64,000 nucleotides of DNA from Propionivibrio sp. GTDB lineage: Bacteria > Pseudomonadota > Gammaproteobacteria > Burkholderiales > Rhodocyclaceae. The DNA lies in the NCBI RefSeq assembly GCF_029255185.1, contig NZ_JAPUVO010000088.1:884-64883 (forward strand), read 5' to 3'. Positions 43,950 through 55,896 of this stretch are shown one piece after another. Each line of letters starts with the position of its first letter. Positions within the stretch are counted from its first letter, which is position 1. A program made the translations under genes and the position numbers. The notes under the pieces were generated by a model. It saw only the letters and a program-made list of their open reading frames with translations. It did no database searches and had not been told where the DNA came from.

Positions 43950-46900
43950 TTATTCGCGCTCGATAAAAGCCTCGAACTCGTCCAGCGGCAAGGGCCGGCT
44001 GAACAGATACCCCTGATAGGCGTGGCAACCCTGTCGCGCCAGAAAGTCGCTTTGCGCCTCGCTTTCCACCCCCTCGGCGATCACTGTAAGCCCCAGGCTC
44101 CCAGCGAGAACAATGACCATTTTTGCAATCGCGGCATCATTGGGGTCGGTGAGTATCTCCTTAACGAAACTGCGGTCGATTTTCAATTGATCGAGTGGAA
44201 TGCGTTTCAAGTACGAAAGCGAGGAGTAACCCGTACCAAAATCATCGAGCGAGAAACCGACCCCCCTGGCTTTGAGTGCGTTCATTCTGGCGATGATCTC
44301 GTCCTTGCCATCGACCAGCATACTCTCGGTCAATTCGAGCTTGAGCCGTTGTGGTGGAGCTCCAGTCTGTTCGAGCACCGCCAGAACCTGGTCGACAAAA
44401 TCAATCTGGTGGAGCTGGCGGGCGCTGACATTCACCGCCAACGTCAGATGGGCCTTCTCCGGTCGTGTGGCCCAGGCTGCCAGTTGAGCACAGGCGGCTT
44501 GCAAAACCCATTGACCGACGGGAAGAATCAGCCCGGTTTCTTCGCTCAAGGGAATAAATTCGTCGGGTAAAACCAGGCCGCGTTCCTTATGCTGCCAGCG
44601 AATCAGTGCTTCGGCACCGATCACACGGCCACCTGAATCAAGCTGTGCCTGGTAATAAAGGTGAAACTGGTTTTTCAAAACCGCTTCACGCAAACCGGTT
44701 TCCAGCACGGCGCGCGCCGTGACCACGCTCTGCATTTTCGGGGCGAAGAATCGCAAAGCGTTGCGCCCTGCTGACTTGGCCTGGTACATCGCCAGATCTG
44801 CCCGCTGCAACAGTTCTTCAACAAGCGCCTGACTGTCGGAAAACAGGGTAATGCCGATGCTCGCCGTACTTTGATAGGCACAACTGGTGAGCTGAACACT
44901 CTGGCTGAGCGTAGCGAGAATTTTTTCGCCAACCATTTCAGCCTGCTTAGCGGCTTCCTGCGCGCGCTCACTCAGGTCCTCAAGCATCACCACGAATTCA
45001 TCACCGCCCAGGCGGGCCACGGTGTCGCCCTCACGGACACAAGCGGTCAGACGCTGGGCGACCTGTTGCAGGAGCAGGTCACCCTGGTCATGACCATGGG
45101 TATCGTTGAGCGTCTTGAAGTTATCAAGATCGATGAACAGCAACGCCCCTTGCCGTGGATGACGCGAGCGGCTGACCAGCGCCTGCCCGAGCCGGTCAAT
45201 GAGTAGCCGCCGGTTGGGCAGACCAGTCAACTGGTCATAAAAAGCCAGTTGCTTGATCTCGTCCTCAGCCCGCTTGCGCTCGGCGATGTCGCGCACGACG
45301 GACAGAATCCACTGCTGGCTGCCGATTTGTGCGAAGCGAAGACTGACCTCGACCCAAAAAACGCGCCCGTCGCTAGAGCGCGCCTGCCAGTCAAAAATCT
45401 GTGGCCCCTCGCTGCGCGCCAGGCGCATTTTTTCGTTGGCTTCGGCTAAGGAATAGGGAGGCGAGCCCTGGCTCAGATCACCAACATCGACGGCCAGAGC
45501 CTGTGCACGGGAAAATCCGTACATCTCGCACATACGCAGATTAACATCGATGATATGTCCGGTTTCGGCATCGTGTATGATAATAGCATCGTTGACGGTA
45601 TTGAATATCTCGCGAAAACGACTCTCGCTTTCAAGCAAGGCCTGCTCAGTCAACTTGCGCTCGTTGATGTCAGCAATCACACCAACCAGGCCACGGTTTT
45701 CACCGTTGGCGTCATGGAAACGCTTTCCCGTCAGATGCCCCCAGAACGCACTCCGGTCAGCGCGCCAGTACAGCCGATGCAGATCGACCGATTGGACTGC
45801 GCTAGCAATCAAGGCTTGCATTTTCTTGCGCCCGAGTTCACGCTCCGATGGGTGTATAAGAGCGACGTATTCTTCTCCCACCAGTGCGTCGACCGACAAT
45901 CCAAACATCTCGGCCATGCGCTGGTTGGCTTGAGTGATGCGACCGTTCAGGTCGACCAAAAAAATGGCCACGCTTGATGTATCAAGGATTTGATTAAGTA
46001 AAGCTTCCCGTTGTGCCAGGGTTTCCAGCAAACGATTGAAACCACCGATCAGTTCGCCGATTTCATCCTTCCGGACAACGGGCAGGAGTTGCAGGGGCTG
46101 CTTGGTATCTGATAGTGCGGCCAGCGTTTTCACCGCAGCAAGCATCGGGGAAAGCTGTCGCCGCAACATCCACCAGCTCAGGATGCCTGCCAGCAGAGTC
46201 AACATGATCGTGGCCATCAGCATGCGTTGGCGCATCTCTTGGATCGGAGCAAAGGCATCGTCGGTATGCATCGAGCTTGACACTAACCAACCTGACACGG
46301 GTACGGCTTTGACCGAGGCAAGGACCTCAACACCATATTGATTGACGTAGACGGCGGAACCTTCATAGCCCTCGACAAAGCGGTCGATGGCCGGAACAAC
46401 TCCAGGCTCGGGGAGCGTTCTCATGATTCGACTACGATTTGAAGAGGTAACTATCAATCGGTACTGCGGGGCTATCAGCGTATACCCATCGGTTATACCG
46501 AAGCGGACTTCGGTGATTTGATCGAGGAAATTGGCCGTACTCAGAATGGTTATTCCTGCCAAGGCACCGACCACCTTGCCAGCCGCATTGCGTATCGGAA
46601 CTGCCATGACAAAAACCGGGGCCTTCGATTGCCTGCCAATGACCGGTCGGCTAATTGCTGGCTTACCCGCCTTAAGCGCAGTGATGATGTAATCCCTGTC
46701 GCTATAATTGATACCGAGCCGCCCTGCTGACAGGGGAAAATCGGCAATGGCTATACCATCGAGCCGGGCGGCATAAACACCTGCATTGAACAGAACATGC
46801 AGATCCAGCCGCTGCTCAAGCAGTGCCTGCATGGCCGCCGGCCCTTGCTGAAGTGTGCTCGCAGATAGGTCGGCAACCGTTGCCAGGGCCTCGAGCCGGC

Positions 46901-47108
46901 TCACAAGCTCGCGATTCAGCTGAGCGGCCACCATCGTCACCGTCGAGAACTGTTGCTCGCCCAACTGGTACTCCACGGCCCTGCGCATAACCTGGCTGGC
47001 ATAATACGAGAGCGCCCACAAGCTCCCCATGAAGATGAGCAGCGTGAAAAGAGTCACTCGCGTCTTGAGTGAGCGCCACGGAAAAACAGTACAGCTCATT
47101 AAAATCAT
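43950..47108 (-). CDS. membrane sensor with periplasmic Cache-like domain, HAMP, two PAS, GGDEF and EAL domains
   Basis: 1052 aa with two TM helices flanking a ~270-aa periplasmic region. Contains RLGGDEFVVML (GGDEF) and EALIRW...ELTES...DDFGTGYSSL (EAL). Confidence 0.9.
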   Translation of the reverse strand: MILMSCTVFPWRSLKTRVTLFTLLIFMGSLWALSYYASQVMRRAVEYQLGEQQFSTVTMVAAQLNRELVSRLEALATVADLSASTLQQGPAAMQALLEQRLDLHVLFNAGVYAARLDGIAIADFPLSAGRLGINYSDRDYIITALKAGKPAISRPVIGRQSKAPVFVMAVPIRNAAGKVVGALAGITILSTANFLDQITEVRFGITDGYTLIAPQYRLIVTSSNRSRIMRTLPEPGVVPAIDRFVEGYEGSAVYVNQYGVEVLASVKAVPVSGWLVSSSMHTDDAFAPIQEMRQRMLMATIMLTLLAGILSWWMLRRQLSPMLAAVKTLAALSDTKQPLQLLPVVRKDEIGELIGGFNRLLETLAQREALLNQILDTSSVAIFLVDLNGRITQANQRMAEMFGLSVDALVGEEYVALIHPSERELGRKKMQALIASAVQSVDLHRLYWRADRSAFWGHLTGKRFHDANGENRGLVGVIADINERKLTEQALLESESRFREIFNTVNDAIIIHDAETGHIIDVNLRMCEMYGFSRAQALAVDVGDLSQGSPPYSLAEANEKMRLARSEGPQIFDWQARSSDGRVFWVEVSLRFAQIGSQQWILSVVRDIAERKRAEDEIKQLAFYDQLTGLPNRRLLIDRLGQALVSRSRHPRQGALLFIDLDNFKTLNDTHGHDQGDLLLQQVAQRLTACVREGDTVARLGGDEFVVMLEDLSERAQEAAKQAEMVGEKILATLSQSVQLTSCAYQSTASIGITLFSDSQALVEELLQRADLAMYQAKSAGRNALRFFAPKMQSVVTARAVLETGLREAVLKNQFHLYYQAQLDSGGRVIGAEALIRWQHKERGLVLPDEFIPLSEETGLILPVGQWVLQAACAQLAAWATRPEKAHLTLAVNVSARQLHQIDFVDQVLAVLEQTGAPPQRLKLELTESMLVDGKDEIIARMNALKARGVGFSLDDFGTGYSSLSYLKRIPLDQLKIDRSFVKEILTDPNDAAIAKMVIVLAGSLGLTVIAEGVESEAQSDFLARQGCHAYQGYLFSRPLPLDEFEAFIERE

Positions 47109-47294
47109 CTCGCCGTTAATGGTAACTTACGTGCTCCGATGAGACTTCATGGCCTTCCCGCTGAGCGGAACGAGTGCAACAGTGCGATGTGAACTGTACA
47201 TGCTGAACATAGAGACTGTCCCAATTTATCACTTTCAAAGGGGGCTGCATTGTCATGCCATTTTCCCTCTGGCCGCCCTGCCCCCGGGTTCTGA

Positions 47295-48188
47295 CTAGCC
47301 ATCAATCTCCATCCTCGCTGAAAACACGCTGGCCGCGACAATCATCGCGCCACCCACCCATTCGCGCAATCCCGGTGCTTCGTCGGCGAGTAACCACGAC
47401 GAGAGGGCGGCAAAACCGACTTCGGAAAGCATGATGACAATCGCCCGATTGGCGGCAATCCTGGCAAGGCCATACTGGACGAAAAGATTGACTACCACCA
47501 GCACACCACCGATCATGGCGATCAGCAGCCAGGCCGAGGGTGCGGCTGGAATCTGTGGATCCCCGATCCCACTCAACAGCAGCACCCCGCCGACCAGCAC
47601 CACCCCGGCAAAAGCCACCATCGCCTTGATTTCGATGCTTACCCCCCGCGCCTGGCGGGAAAGCACATTGAGCAGGGCAAAGGAGAACCCGGCGCCCAGC
47701 CCGAACCAGTCGGCAACATCCCTTGGCACTGGCAGACCGATCCGCGGCTGCCAGAGCATGGTCGCCGCACCGGCCAATGACAGGGCAATGACGAAAATGC
47801 CAAACCGGTTGAGCCGCTCACCGAGCAGCAGCCGCGAGAGCAGTACGGTCCACAGTGGCGCCAGATAGAACAGCAGCAGTACGCGAACCACTTCGCCATT
47901 CAAGGTCGCCAGGACATAGCCGAGGTTACAGCCGGCCGAGGCCAGCCCCAGCCAAAGGAGTCCCCACGACAACGAAAATGCAGCAAGCGAACGGCGAAAA
48001 AACCAGAGTCCGAGAACAAAAGCCACGGCGTAGGTCACCGTCGAAGCGAGAACGCCGTCGACTCCGGCATCGCGCAAAATCCGGTAGGGATACCAGATCA
48101 GCCCCCAGACCAGCGCACCGACAAGGAGTGAAAAAACGGCAGCACGCGTCTCTCGCCTGCTGGCGCGGCTTGCTTGACTTTCCGCCAT
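47295..48188 (-). CDS. EamA/DMT-family transporter
   Basis: 297 aa with ~10 predicted TM helices and the duplicated EamA-type repeat architecture. Confidence 0.8.
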   Translation of the reverse strand: MAESQASRASRRETRAAVFSLLVGALVWGLIWYPYRILRDAGVDGVLASTVTYAVAFVLGLWFFRRSLAAFSLSWGLLWLGLASAGCNLGYVLATLNGEVVRVLLLFYLAPLWTVLLSRLLLGERLNRFGIFVIALSLAGAATMLWQPRIGLPVPRDVADWFGLGAGFSFALLNVLSRQARGVSIEIKAMVAFAGVVLVGGVLLLSGIGDPQIPAAPSAWLLIAMIGGVLVVVNLFVQYGLARIAANRAIVIMLSEVGFAALSSWLLADEAPGLREWVGGAMIVAASVFSARMEIDG

Positions 48189-48239
48189 CAGGCGATGCCC
48201 CGTATAATCGGCCGTTCAATCTCAATTCGTGTGCACATC

Positions 48240-49448
48240 GTGAATCCCTCCCTCAGCAAACTGCATCCCTACCCATTCGAAAAACTGCGCCAGCTTTTTA
48301 TCGGCATCACGCCGAATCCGAATCTGCCCGAGATCAAGTTATCGATCGGCGAACCGCAACACGCCACGCCGGGGTTCATCAAGGAGGCACTGATCGCCGG
48401 CCTGCCCGGCCTAGCGAACTATCCTACCACGCTGGGGGTGCCCGCCCTGCGCCACGCTATCGCTGACTGGATGGCACGACGCTACGACCTGGCCGGAATC
48501 GACCAGGAAACACAGATCATTCCGGTCAACGGCTCGCGCGAAGCCCTGTTCGCCCTGACGCAGGCGGTGATCGACCCGTCACGAGGTTACCAGCCGCTGG
48601 TCGTCAGCCCCAATCCCTTCTACCAGATCTACGAGGGCGCGGCCTATCTCGCCGGAGCCGATCTACGTTTTCTCAATACGCTGCCTGAAAACGACTTTGC
48701 TTTTGACTATGACAGCCTCTCCGACGAGGAATGGCGACGGGTTCAACTCTTTTTCGTCTGCTCACCCGGCAACCCGACAGGCAAGGTGCTTGATCTTGAC
48801 GACTGGAAAAATCTTTTCGCGCTCTCGGACAAATATGGTTTCATCATCGCCTCCGACGAGTGCTACTCGGAAATCTTCTTTGACGAAGATAAACCGCCGC
48901 TTGGCGGCATGCAGGCGGCGAAGCTGCTCGGCCGCAGTTTTGACCGTCTGGTCATGCTCTCCAGCCTGTCGAAACGTTCCAACGTGCCGGGCATGCGTTC
49001 CGGTTTTGTCGCCGGCGATGCGGCCATCATGAAGCCCTTTCTGCTCTACCGCACCTATCACGGAAACGCCATGAGTCCGGCCTTGCAGGCCGCCAGCATC
49101 GCCGCCTGGAAGGACGAAGCGCACGTCGTCGCCAACCGCCGCCAGTATCAGGAAAAATTTGCCGCTGTCGAGCCGCTGGTGTCTGCAGTGCTGGGCACGG
49201 CGATGCCCGATGCCAGTTTCTACCTGTGGGCAAAAGTTCCGGGGACCGATACGCCGCAGTCCGACACCAATTTCGCCCGTGCCCTGGCTGCCGACTATAA
49301 TGTGGTCGTTCTGCCGGGCAGCTTTCTCGCACGCGAGGCAAGAGGGATCAACCCGGGCGCCGGTTTCGTGCGCATTGCGCTGGTCCCGCCGCTTGCCCAA
49401 TGCCTTGCCGCAGCGGACCGAATTCATCAGTTTGTTTCAAAACTCTAG
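48240..49448 (+). CDS. dapC: succinyldiaminopimelate transaminase
   Basis: Start set to GTG 48240 ([19 protein letters not shown]). Class I aminotransferase with [14 protein letters not shown]. Immediately upstream of dapD. Confidence 0.85.
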   Translation: MNPSLSKLHPYPFEKLRQLFIGITPNPNLPEIKLSIGEPQHATPGFIKEALIAGLPGLANYPTTLGVPALRHAIADWMARRYDLAGIDQETQIIPVNGSREALFALTQAVIDPSRGYQPLVVSPNPFYQIYEGAAYLAGADLRFLNTLPENDFAFDYDSLSDEEWRRVQLFFVCSPGNPTGKVLDLDDWKNLFALSDKYGFIIASDECYSEIFFDEDKPPLGGMQAAKLLGRSFDRLVMLSSLSKRSNVPGMRSGFVAGDAAIMKPFLLYRTYHGNAMSPALQAASIAAWKDEAHVVANRRQYQEKFAAVEPLVSAVLGTAMPDASFYLWAKVPGTDTPQSDTNFARALAADYNVVVLPGSFLAREARGINPGAGFVRIALVPPLAQCLAAADRIHQFVSKL

Positions 49449-49458
49449 GAAATACACT

Positions 49459-50280
49459 ATGCAGCAATTCCAGCAGATCATCGAAGAAGCCTGGGAAAAC
49501 CGTGCTTCGTTGCAAGCTGGCAGCGCCCCCGCCAAAGTGGGTGAAGCCGTCAGCACCGTTCTTGCCGAGCTTGACGAAGGGCGGTTGCGTGTCGCCGAAA
49601 AAATAAACGGCGAATGGATCACCCATCAGTGGCTCAAGAAGGCCGTTCTGCTTTCCTTCCGCCTTGAAGACAACCAGTTGCTCGACGGCGGCCCGATGCG
49701 CTTCTTCGACAAGGTGCCAACCAAGTTCGCCAACTACGACAGCGAGAAATTCATTCGCGGTGGCTTCCGTGTCGTTCCGCCGGCCACTGTTCGACGCGGC
49801 TCCTTCATCGCCAGGAACGTGGTATTGATGCCCTCCTACGTCAACATCGGCGCCTATGTCGATGAAGGCACGATGGTTGACACCTGGTCCACCGTCGGCT
49901 CCTGCGCCCAGATCGGAAAAAACGTTCACCTTTCCGGCGGCGTCGGCATCGGTGGCGTACTCGAGCCCCTGCAGGCCAATCCAACAATCATTGAAGACAA
50001 CTGCTTCGTCGGCGCCCGCTCGGAAGTCGTCGAAGGGGTGATTGTCGGTGAAGGCTCGGTGATTTCGATGGGCGTCTATATCGGCCAATCGACCAAAATC
50101 TACGACCGACAAACCGGCGAAGTCAGCTATGGCCGCATCCCGCCAGGCTCGGTCGTTGTTTCTGGCAATCTGCCGACGCAAGACGGCAGTCACAGTCTCT
50201 ATTGTGCCGTAATCGTCAAGAAGGTCGATGCCAAGACGCGCGCCAAGACCAGCATCAACGACCTGCTGCGCGGCGACTGA
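49459..50280 (+). CDS. dapD: 2,3,4,5-tetrahydropyridine-2,6-dicarboxylate N-succinyltransferase
   Basis: Track ORF trimmed to ATG 49459 ([15 protein letters not shown]). Left-handed beta-helix hexapeptide repeats. Confidence 0.93.
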   Translation: MQQFQQIIEEAWENRASLQAGSAPAKVGEAVSTVLAELDEGRLRVAEKINGEWITHQWLKKAVLLSFRLEDNQLLDGGPMRFFDKVPTKFANYDSEKFIRGGFRVVPPATVRRGSFIARNVVLMPSYVNIGAYVDEGTMVDTWSTVGSCAQIGKNVHLSGGVGIGGVLEPLQANPTIIEDNCFVGARSEVVEGVIVGEGSVISMGVYIGQSTKIYDRQTGEVSYGRIPPGSVVVSGNLPTQDGSHSLYCAVIVKKVDAKTRAKTSINDLLRGD

Positions 50281-50316
50281 TTTTTTCCTCATCTTCCCGA
50301 CCCCGGCGGAGGCCAC

Positions 50317-52621
<2,305 letters not shown>

Positions 52622-52622
52622 C

Positions 52623-53516
52623 ATGTTTGAACAAGCCCAAAACGAACTCTCCACGCTGCGCGATCTGATGCGGTTTTCGGTCAGCCGGTTTTGCGAAGCC
52701 GGGCTGTTCTTCGGCCACGGCACCGACAACGCCTGGGACGAGTCAGCCTATCTTCTGCTGCACACCCTGCACTTGCCACTCGATCGTCTGGAGCCCTTCA
52801 TGGACGCTCGCCTGACCAGCGACGAGCGGGCTGCTGCACTCAGAATGATCGAACGACGCATCAGCGAACGTCTACCTGCGGCTTACCTGACCCACGAGGC
52901 CTGGCTCGGCGATTGCCGTTTCTATGTCGATGAACGGGTCATTGTTCCCCGCTCGCATATCGCCGAACTGTTGCGCGAACAACTCAGCCCATGGATTGAC
53001 GACCCCTGGGCGGTAGGCAGCGTACTGGATCTTTGCACCGGCTCCGGTTGCCTGGCCATTCTTGCCGCCAACGCTTTCCCTGAAGCCAGGGTCGATGCGG
53101 TCGACCTTTCGCCTGGCGCGCTCGCCGTGGCCCAGCGTAATGTTGATGACTACCGGCTTGGCTCACGCCTGCGGCTCATCGAGTGTGACGCCTTTAGCGG
53201 AATAACAGGGCAACGCTACGACCTTATCATTTCCAATCCGCCCTACGTCAATGCCGAGTCAATGGCTGCCCTGCCCGAGGAATATCGACGCGAGCCGAGG
53301 CTCGCACTGGCCAGCGGCGAAGATGGTCTCGATTTCGTGCGCATCATTCTGAGGGAAGCGCCCGGCCACCTCAATCCGAACGGCATACTGATTGTCGAAA
53401 TCGGGAACAATCAGAACGAACTGGAACTGGCGTTCCCGGAAACCTCGTTCACCTGGCTCGACACCAGCGCTGGCGACCAATATGTCTTCATGCTGCGCCG
53501 CGAAGATCTGGTTTGA
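52623..53516 (+). CDS. prmB: 50S ribosomal protein L3 glutamine N5-methyltransferase
   Basis: Trimmed to ATG 52623 (MFEQAQNELSTLRD). Motifs DLCTGSGCL and NPPY. dapE-prmB adjacency. Confidence 0.88.
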   Translation: MFEQAQNELSTLRDLMRFSVSRFCEAGLFFGHGTDNAWDESAYLLLHTLHLPLDRLEPFMDARLTSDERAAALRMIERRISERLPAAYLTHEAWLGDCRFYVDERVIVPRSHIAELLREQLSPWIDDPWAVGSVLDLCTGSGCLAILAANAFPEARVDAVDLSPGALAVAQRNVDDYRLGSRLRLIECDAFSGITGQRYDLIISNPPYVNAESMAALPEEYRREPRLALASGEDGLDFVRIILREAPGHLNPNGILIVEIGNNQNELELAFPETSFTWLDTSAGDQYVFMLRREDLV

Positions 53517-53746
53517 AAATACGAAAAAAATAACCACAACGAACACGACGAGCACAACGAAAAACAGAGACTTTGTGAGTGAAACATAAAGGCGCACGGA
53601 CCACGATATGGAAAAGACTGAAAGACTGACAGACAGTTTGATTTTTTTTATCAACACGGTATTCTGCGCATGGTGCGTGGTGCTTGATGGTGTTAATTTT
53701 GCGGCCTGCGTATTTGGTGATCAACTTTAATATAGCGGAGGAAGAT

Positions 53747-54205
53747 ATGTCTTATCTTGGTAAATTTTTTCTGGTACTTGGTATCGCTGTCAGTATCGCA
53801 ACGAGCGCCCTAGCTTCGGACAAGGGAACGGCGAAGGAAGCTGAGGCGATGGTTGCCAAGGCACTAGCCGAAGTAAAAGCCAATGGCATTGAAAGTTCGA
53901 CGAAAACCTTTAGCGACCCAAAGTGGCGTGACCGCGATTTATATGTGTTTGTTGGCAAATTCGACGGGACTATCATCGCCCACGGAGCCAATGCAGGGCT
54001 AATCGGAAAGAACCTTAACGAGTTGAAGGATGCCGATGGCAAGACCTTCGTTCGGGAGATGGCGGAGGTTGCCAAGACGAAACAGAAGGGGTGGGTTGAT
54101 TATTATTGGTCGAATCCGACGACCAAGAAGGTTGAGCCCAAGTCGACCTACGTAACTGCTATTCCGGGTCAAGACGCATATGTAGCCGTAGGCATCTACA
54201 AATAA
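53747..54205 (+). CDS. secreted stand-alone single-Cache domain protein
   Basis: 152 aa with GGAGG Shine-Dalgarno and signal peptide MSYLGKFFLVLGIAVSIATSALA. The body (DLYVFVGKFDGTIIAHGANAGLIGKN..LKDADGK..GWVDYYWSNPTTKK..KSTYV) resembles sCache_2-type domains. Confidence 0.8.
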   Translation: MSYLGKFFLVLGIAVSIATSALASDKGTAKEAEAMVAKALAEVKANGIESSTKTFSDPKWRDRDLYVFVGKFDGTIIAHGANAGLIGKNLNELKDADGKTFVREMAEVAKTKQKGWVDYYWSNPTTKKVEPKSTYVTAIPGQDAYVAVGIYK

Positions 54206-54232
54206 AAGTAACCCGAATAGCCAGGACAGATC

Positions 54233-55864
54233 ATGAGTTTGAATCTCCGAATTGGGACCAAGCTGGTTCTTTCGCCGGCCATTGCCTTGCTTTGCCTGCT
54301 TCTGGTGGCAATCACCTCTTATATCAGTTTGCGGCAAGCAGCGAGTACGCTTGAAGACATGGTGATACGTCGTGCGGTCCATAGCCGGATCTCCATGCAG
54401 GCAGGAGCGGAAATTCAGCGCATTCAAGCAAGAACGTTCGAAATTCTCTCTTCTAGTGCGTCTGATGTTCCGGAAAGAATCCAGAAACGGCTGCTTGCCG
54501 AGCATTCAGAGATGCTTGGAAGCGCAGGCGAGGAAATTGAACGTCTGGGAAAATCTGACAAGCTCAGCATTGAAGAGCGTGAACTGCTGAAAGGCATTCC
54601 GGAGCGCCTGGCTGTTTTTAAACGCACGACAAAGGAAGCGGTTGAAATGGCGGTAATCGACTACGCCGCGGGTGTCACCATGGTCAGTCTCGCGACCACG
54701 GAATTCGAGAAGCTTCAGAAGCAGTTTGCAGACCTCGTGGAGTTAGAGAGCCGCCTGTCACAAGCGGCCTATGAAGAAGCAAAGGCATCCGCTAATGCGG
54801 CAAATACACTGCTCATAGCGATCAGCGCCATTTCCCTCGTGTTATCCGGGCTGGTTTTGGTTTTAGTCCACAAAAACATTCTCGGAGAAGTAGAGGTCGT
54901 TCGGTTTGGCTCTACCAAATTGACCGACGGCGATCTCACCTACCGTGTTGTCGTGCCCAGCAAGGATGAGCTCGGTGAGACCGCAGGAGCGTTCAATAGC
55001 TTGATAGAAACCTTCCAGAAGGTGCTGCGCGGAGTTGTCACCAGCGCCGAGGCCGTGTCCAATACCAATCAGTCGCTGTCGGAAATTACAAGCGCAGTGG
55101 CGCAGGGGTCCAGCCGTCAATCAGAAGCGGCTCAGGCTGTGGCTGCGTGCATGCAGGAACTCGCCGTGGCAATCGCCTTGATCTCTGACAATGCGCAAGG
55201 GGCCAAGGAAACTGCGAGGCAAAGTCTTGATCACACCAAAGCCGGGGTTGCCGCAATGGAAGAACTTTCCACTGAACTTGATTCCGTCGACCAGGCCGTA
55301 AATGCCATCAACAATTCTGTCGGTCAGTTCGTCACGAGTACGGAGAGCATCGTCAATCTGACCAAGCAGATTCAAGACTTGGCCGAGCAGACCAATCTGC
55401 TCGCGTTAAATGCTGCCATCGAGGCCGCGCGTGCCGGAGAACAGGGGCGAGGATTCGCTGTAGTGGCCGACGAAGTTAGAAAACTTGCCGAACGCTCCTC
55501 TTCGGCTGCGCACGATATTGACGCAGTGACGCTCTCCCTTGGTCAGCAGTCTGGAGGAGTCTCCAAATCGCTACAGCAAGGCGCCTCGGCTCTGAAAAGC
55601 AGCAAATCCCATATGTCTTCTGTTAAAAACACCTTGTCGAAAGCAAGCATCGCGGTCGAGCAATCCACGCGGCGCATGGATGAAATCGCGGTAGCAGTCG
55701 CTGAGCAGAGTCAAGCAAACAATAGCGTTACTCAAAATATTGAACAGATCGTGCACATGGTAGATGAGAACAATCACGCCATCGAACGTGCCGTCGAAGA
55801 CTCCCGGAATCTGGCCGAACAGGCTGGACGGCTGCAAACGGCAGCGGCCCAGTTCAAGGTCTGA
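54233..55864 (+). CDS. methyl-accepting chemotaxis protein (four-helix-bundle-type sensor, HAMP, MA domain)
   Basis: Two TM helices, a helical periplasmic region, and the conserved signalling hairpin [34 protein letters not shown]. Confidence 0.92.
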   Translation: MSLNLRIGTKLVLSPAIALLCLLLVAITSYISLRQAASTLEDMVIRRAVHSRISMQAGAEIQRIQARTFEILSSSASDVPERIQKRLLAEHSEMLGSAGEEIERLGKSDKLSIEERELLKGIPERLAVFKRTTKEAVEMAVIDYAAGVTMVSLATTEFEKLQKQFADLVELESRLSQAAYEEAKASANAANTLLIAISAISLVLSGLVLVLVHKNILGEVEVVRFGSTKLTDGDLTYRVVVPSKDELGETAGAFNSLIETFQKVLRGVVTSAEAVSNTNQSLSEITSAVAQGSSRQSEAAQAVAACMQELAVAIALISDNAQGAKETARQSLDHTKAGVAAMEELSTELDSVDQAVNAINNSVGQFVTSTESIVNLTKQIQDLAEQTNLLALNAAIEAARAGEQGRGFAVVADEVRKLAERSSSAAHDIDAVTLSLGQQSGGVSKSLQQGASALKSSKSHMSSVKNTLSKASIAVEQSTRRMDEIAVAVAEQSQANNSVTQNIEQIVHMVDENNHAIERAVEDSRNLAEQAGRLQTAAAQFKV

Positions 55865-55896
55865 TGGTTTAGAATTTGCTTTAAGCTTCGCCAGTA

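Noticed and set aside
48174-48208. TTGACT ... TATAAT pair as a dapC promoter
   Set aside because: The spacing between the hexamers is 23 nt, too long for a sigma-70 promoter, so it is not called.
49348-50316. 322-aa minus-strand ORF
   Set aside because: It is antisense to dapD. The hexapeptide-repeat gene on the plus strand is unambiguous.
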